NCBI GenBank assembly: GCA_947501605.1
Contig: CANMWZ010000040.1
Span: 1-40,098, forward strand
Origin: Planctomycetota bacterium
GTDB taxonomy: Bacteria > Planctomycetota > UBA1135 > UBA2386
DNA: 40,098 nucleotides
Direction: 5' to 3'
Position 1 is the stretch's first letter. Every line of letters begins with the position of its first letter. Made by a program: the position numbers and the translations under genes. Shown here piece by piece: positions 38,901 to 40,098 of the stretch. The notes under the pieces are model-generated. The model did no database searches. It saw nothing but the letters and a program-made list of their open reading frames with translations, and was not told the DNA's origin.

Positions 38901-40090
38901 CCACGCCAACTCTCGTCCCCTCGCGCGCGGCCGTCGCCGCGCACCCCAGTGCCATCGCCGTGCAGCACGTGCACACGGCCGAATGGGTCTCGCCGGGCCA
39001 TCCCGATCGGCTCGCCGACGCGATCGCCGACCGCGTCGTGCGCCACGCCGTGGCCCTCGACCGCGAGGCCCTCGTCGGCGTCGAGGTGGCGTTGCACCGC
39101 CGCCGCGTATTCGTCGACGGCCGCATCGCCGCGCGCGGCATCGGCAATGCCGACGAGTGGCTGCCGCCGCTCGTGCAAAAGGTCTACGCCGAGGCAGGGC
39201 ACGGTGCTCATTGGGCGCCCGCGCCCGACGAACTCGCGATCGACCACGACCTTTGCCTCGACGACCTGAGTCGCGACGAACGCACGGCCCGCGGCGTCGC
39301 CGACGACCAGAACGTGGTGATCGGCTGGGCCGGTCGCGACGAACGCACGCGCTTCCTGCCGCCGGCGCACTTCCTCGCGGGCGAGCTCGGCGCCGCGGTG
39401 TGGCGCTTTCGCTGCGAGCACGCCGAGCACTTCGGCCCGGACTTCAAGCTGCTGCCGCAGCTCGACGAACTCACCGACGGCTCCCTGCGCTGGCGCCGCC
39501 TCGTGTTGTCGCTGCAGCACCGCGCCGACGTGGGCTACGAACGCCTACACCGCGAACTGCTGCCCGTGCTGCGCGCCGTGCTCGAGGCGCACGAACAGAA
39601 TGGCCTCGTCGGCGCCGCCTCGACGTTCGCCCCGCACGTCTTGCACTGCAACGGCGCGGGCTCGTTCGTGCTCGGCGGCCCGCTCGGGGACAACGGGCTG
39701 TCGGGCAAGAAGCTCGTGGTCGACCACTACGGCCCCGACGTGCCCATCGGCGGCGGCGCGATCTACGGCAAAGACCCGCACAAGATCGACCGCGCCGGCG
39801 CCGTTCGCGCGCGGCAATGGGCGGTGGATCTGCTGCAGCAGGAGCGAACGCGCGGCGTGCGCGAGGTGCGGACGAGGCTGTGCTGGTCGCCCGGCGACGC
39901 GGCCCCGAGTTTCGTCGAGGCCCAGACGCGCGACGCGGCGGGGCTGTGGCGGCGCGTGGCCGAGGACCAGCTGCCGCCGCGCGAGTGGTTTGCGATCGAA
40001 CGCGTGGTCGCGGAGTTGCTGGACCAGGGCGTCGACGCGTTCGCGGCGCCGGGTGCGAGTGGGTTCGTTCCGGGCGGGGTGTTGCCGTGA
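38897..40090 (+). CDS. Divergent methionine adenosyltransferase (MetK-like paralogue)
   Basis: TAEWVSPGHPDRLADAIAD, DQ, PDFK and GGPLGDNGLSGKKLVVDHYG...GGGAIYGKDPHKIDR; ATGA overlap with the upstream gene. Confidence 0.9.
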   Translation: MTTPTLVPSRAAVAAHPSAIAVQHVHTAEWVSPGHPDRLADAIADRVVRHAVALDREALVGVEVALHRRRVFVDGRIAARGIGNADEWLPPLVQKVYAEAGHGAHWAPAPDELAIDHDLCLDDLSRDERTARGVADDQNVVIGWAGRDERTRFLPPAHFLAGELGAAVWRFRCEHAEHFGPDFKLLPQLDELTDGSLRWRRLVLSLQHRADVGYERLHRELLPVLRAVLEAHEQNGLVGAASTFAPHVLHCNGAGSFVLGGPLGDNGLSGKKLVVDHYGPDVPIGGGAIYGKDPHKIDRAGAVRARQWAVDLLQQERTRGVREVRTRLCWSPGDAAPSFVEAQTRDAAGLWRRVAEDQLPPREWFAIERVVAELLDQGVDAFAAPGASGFVPGGVLP

Positions 40091-40098
40091 GCGATCCT

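Noticed and set aside
38897..40090. Calling this gene the housekeeping metK
   Set aside because: Several signature motifs diverge and the operon context is atypical, so the symbol is withheld

Overview
High-GC bacterial window. The style of the many secreted proteins suggests a Planctomycetota-like lineage (inference). About 30 real CDSs sit under many GC-driven shadow ORFs. From left to right: a MocR/PdxR-type gene with pdxS-pdxT (vitamin B6 synthesis); several signal-peptide proteins sharing a C-terminal 'IPN..G....Q....SNG..L..G' module; a bacilliredoxin; an Ord/DapB-like dehydrogenase; an S41 peptidase; two serine hydrolases; a hybrid kinase; a DEAD-box helicase; a Bor-like lipoprotein; an HGSNAT-like acyltransferase; a VIT-vWA / vWA-cytochrome P460 / OmpR / histidine kinase operon with an 11-bp-phased direct repeat upstream; an AAA_14-DUF4143 ATPase; and a decayed zone (31.7-34.8 kb) holding broken HEPN and MNT toxin-antitoxin fragments. 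The best discovery candidate is at the right end. A SAM-I/IV-like riboswitch (34885-35010) precedes a translationally coupled operon: a MoxR-type AAA+ ATPase with an N-terminal arm-type DNA-binding-like domain, an unknown protein, an HExxH metallopeptidase-vWA protein, and a divergent MetK paralogue with an altered methionine pocket. The operon probably continues past the window edge. No tRNA, rRNA, CRISPR array or intact mobile element was seen.
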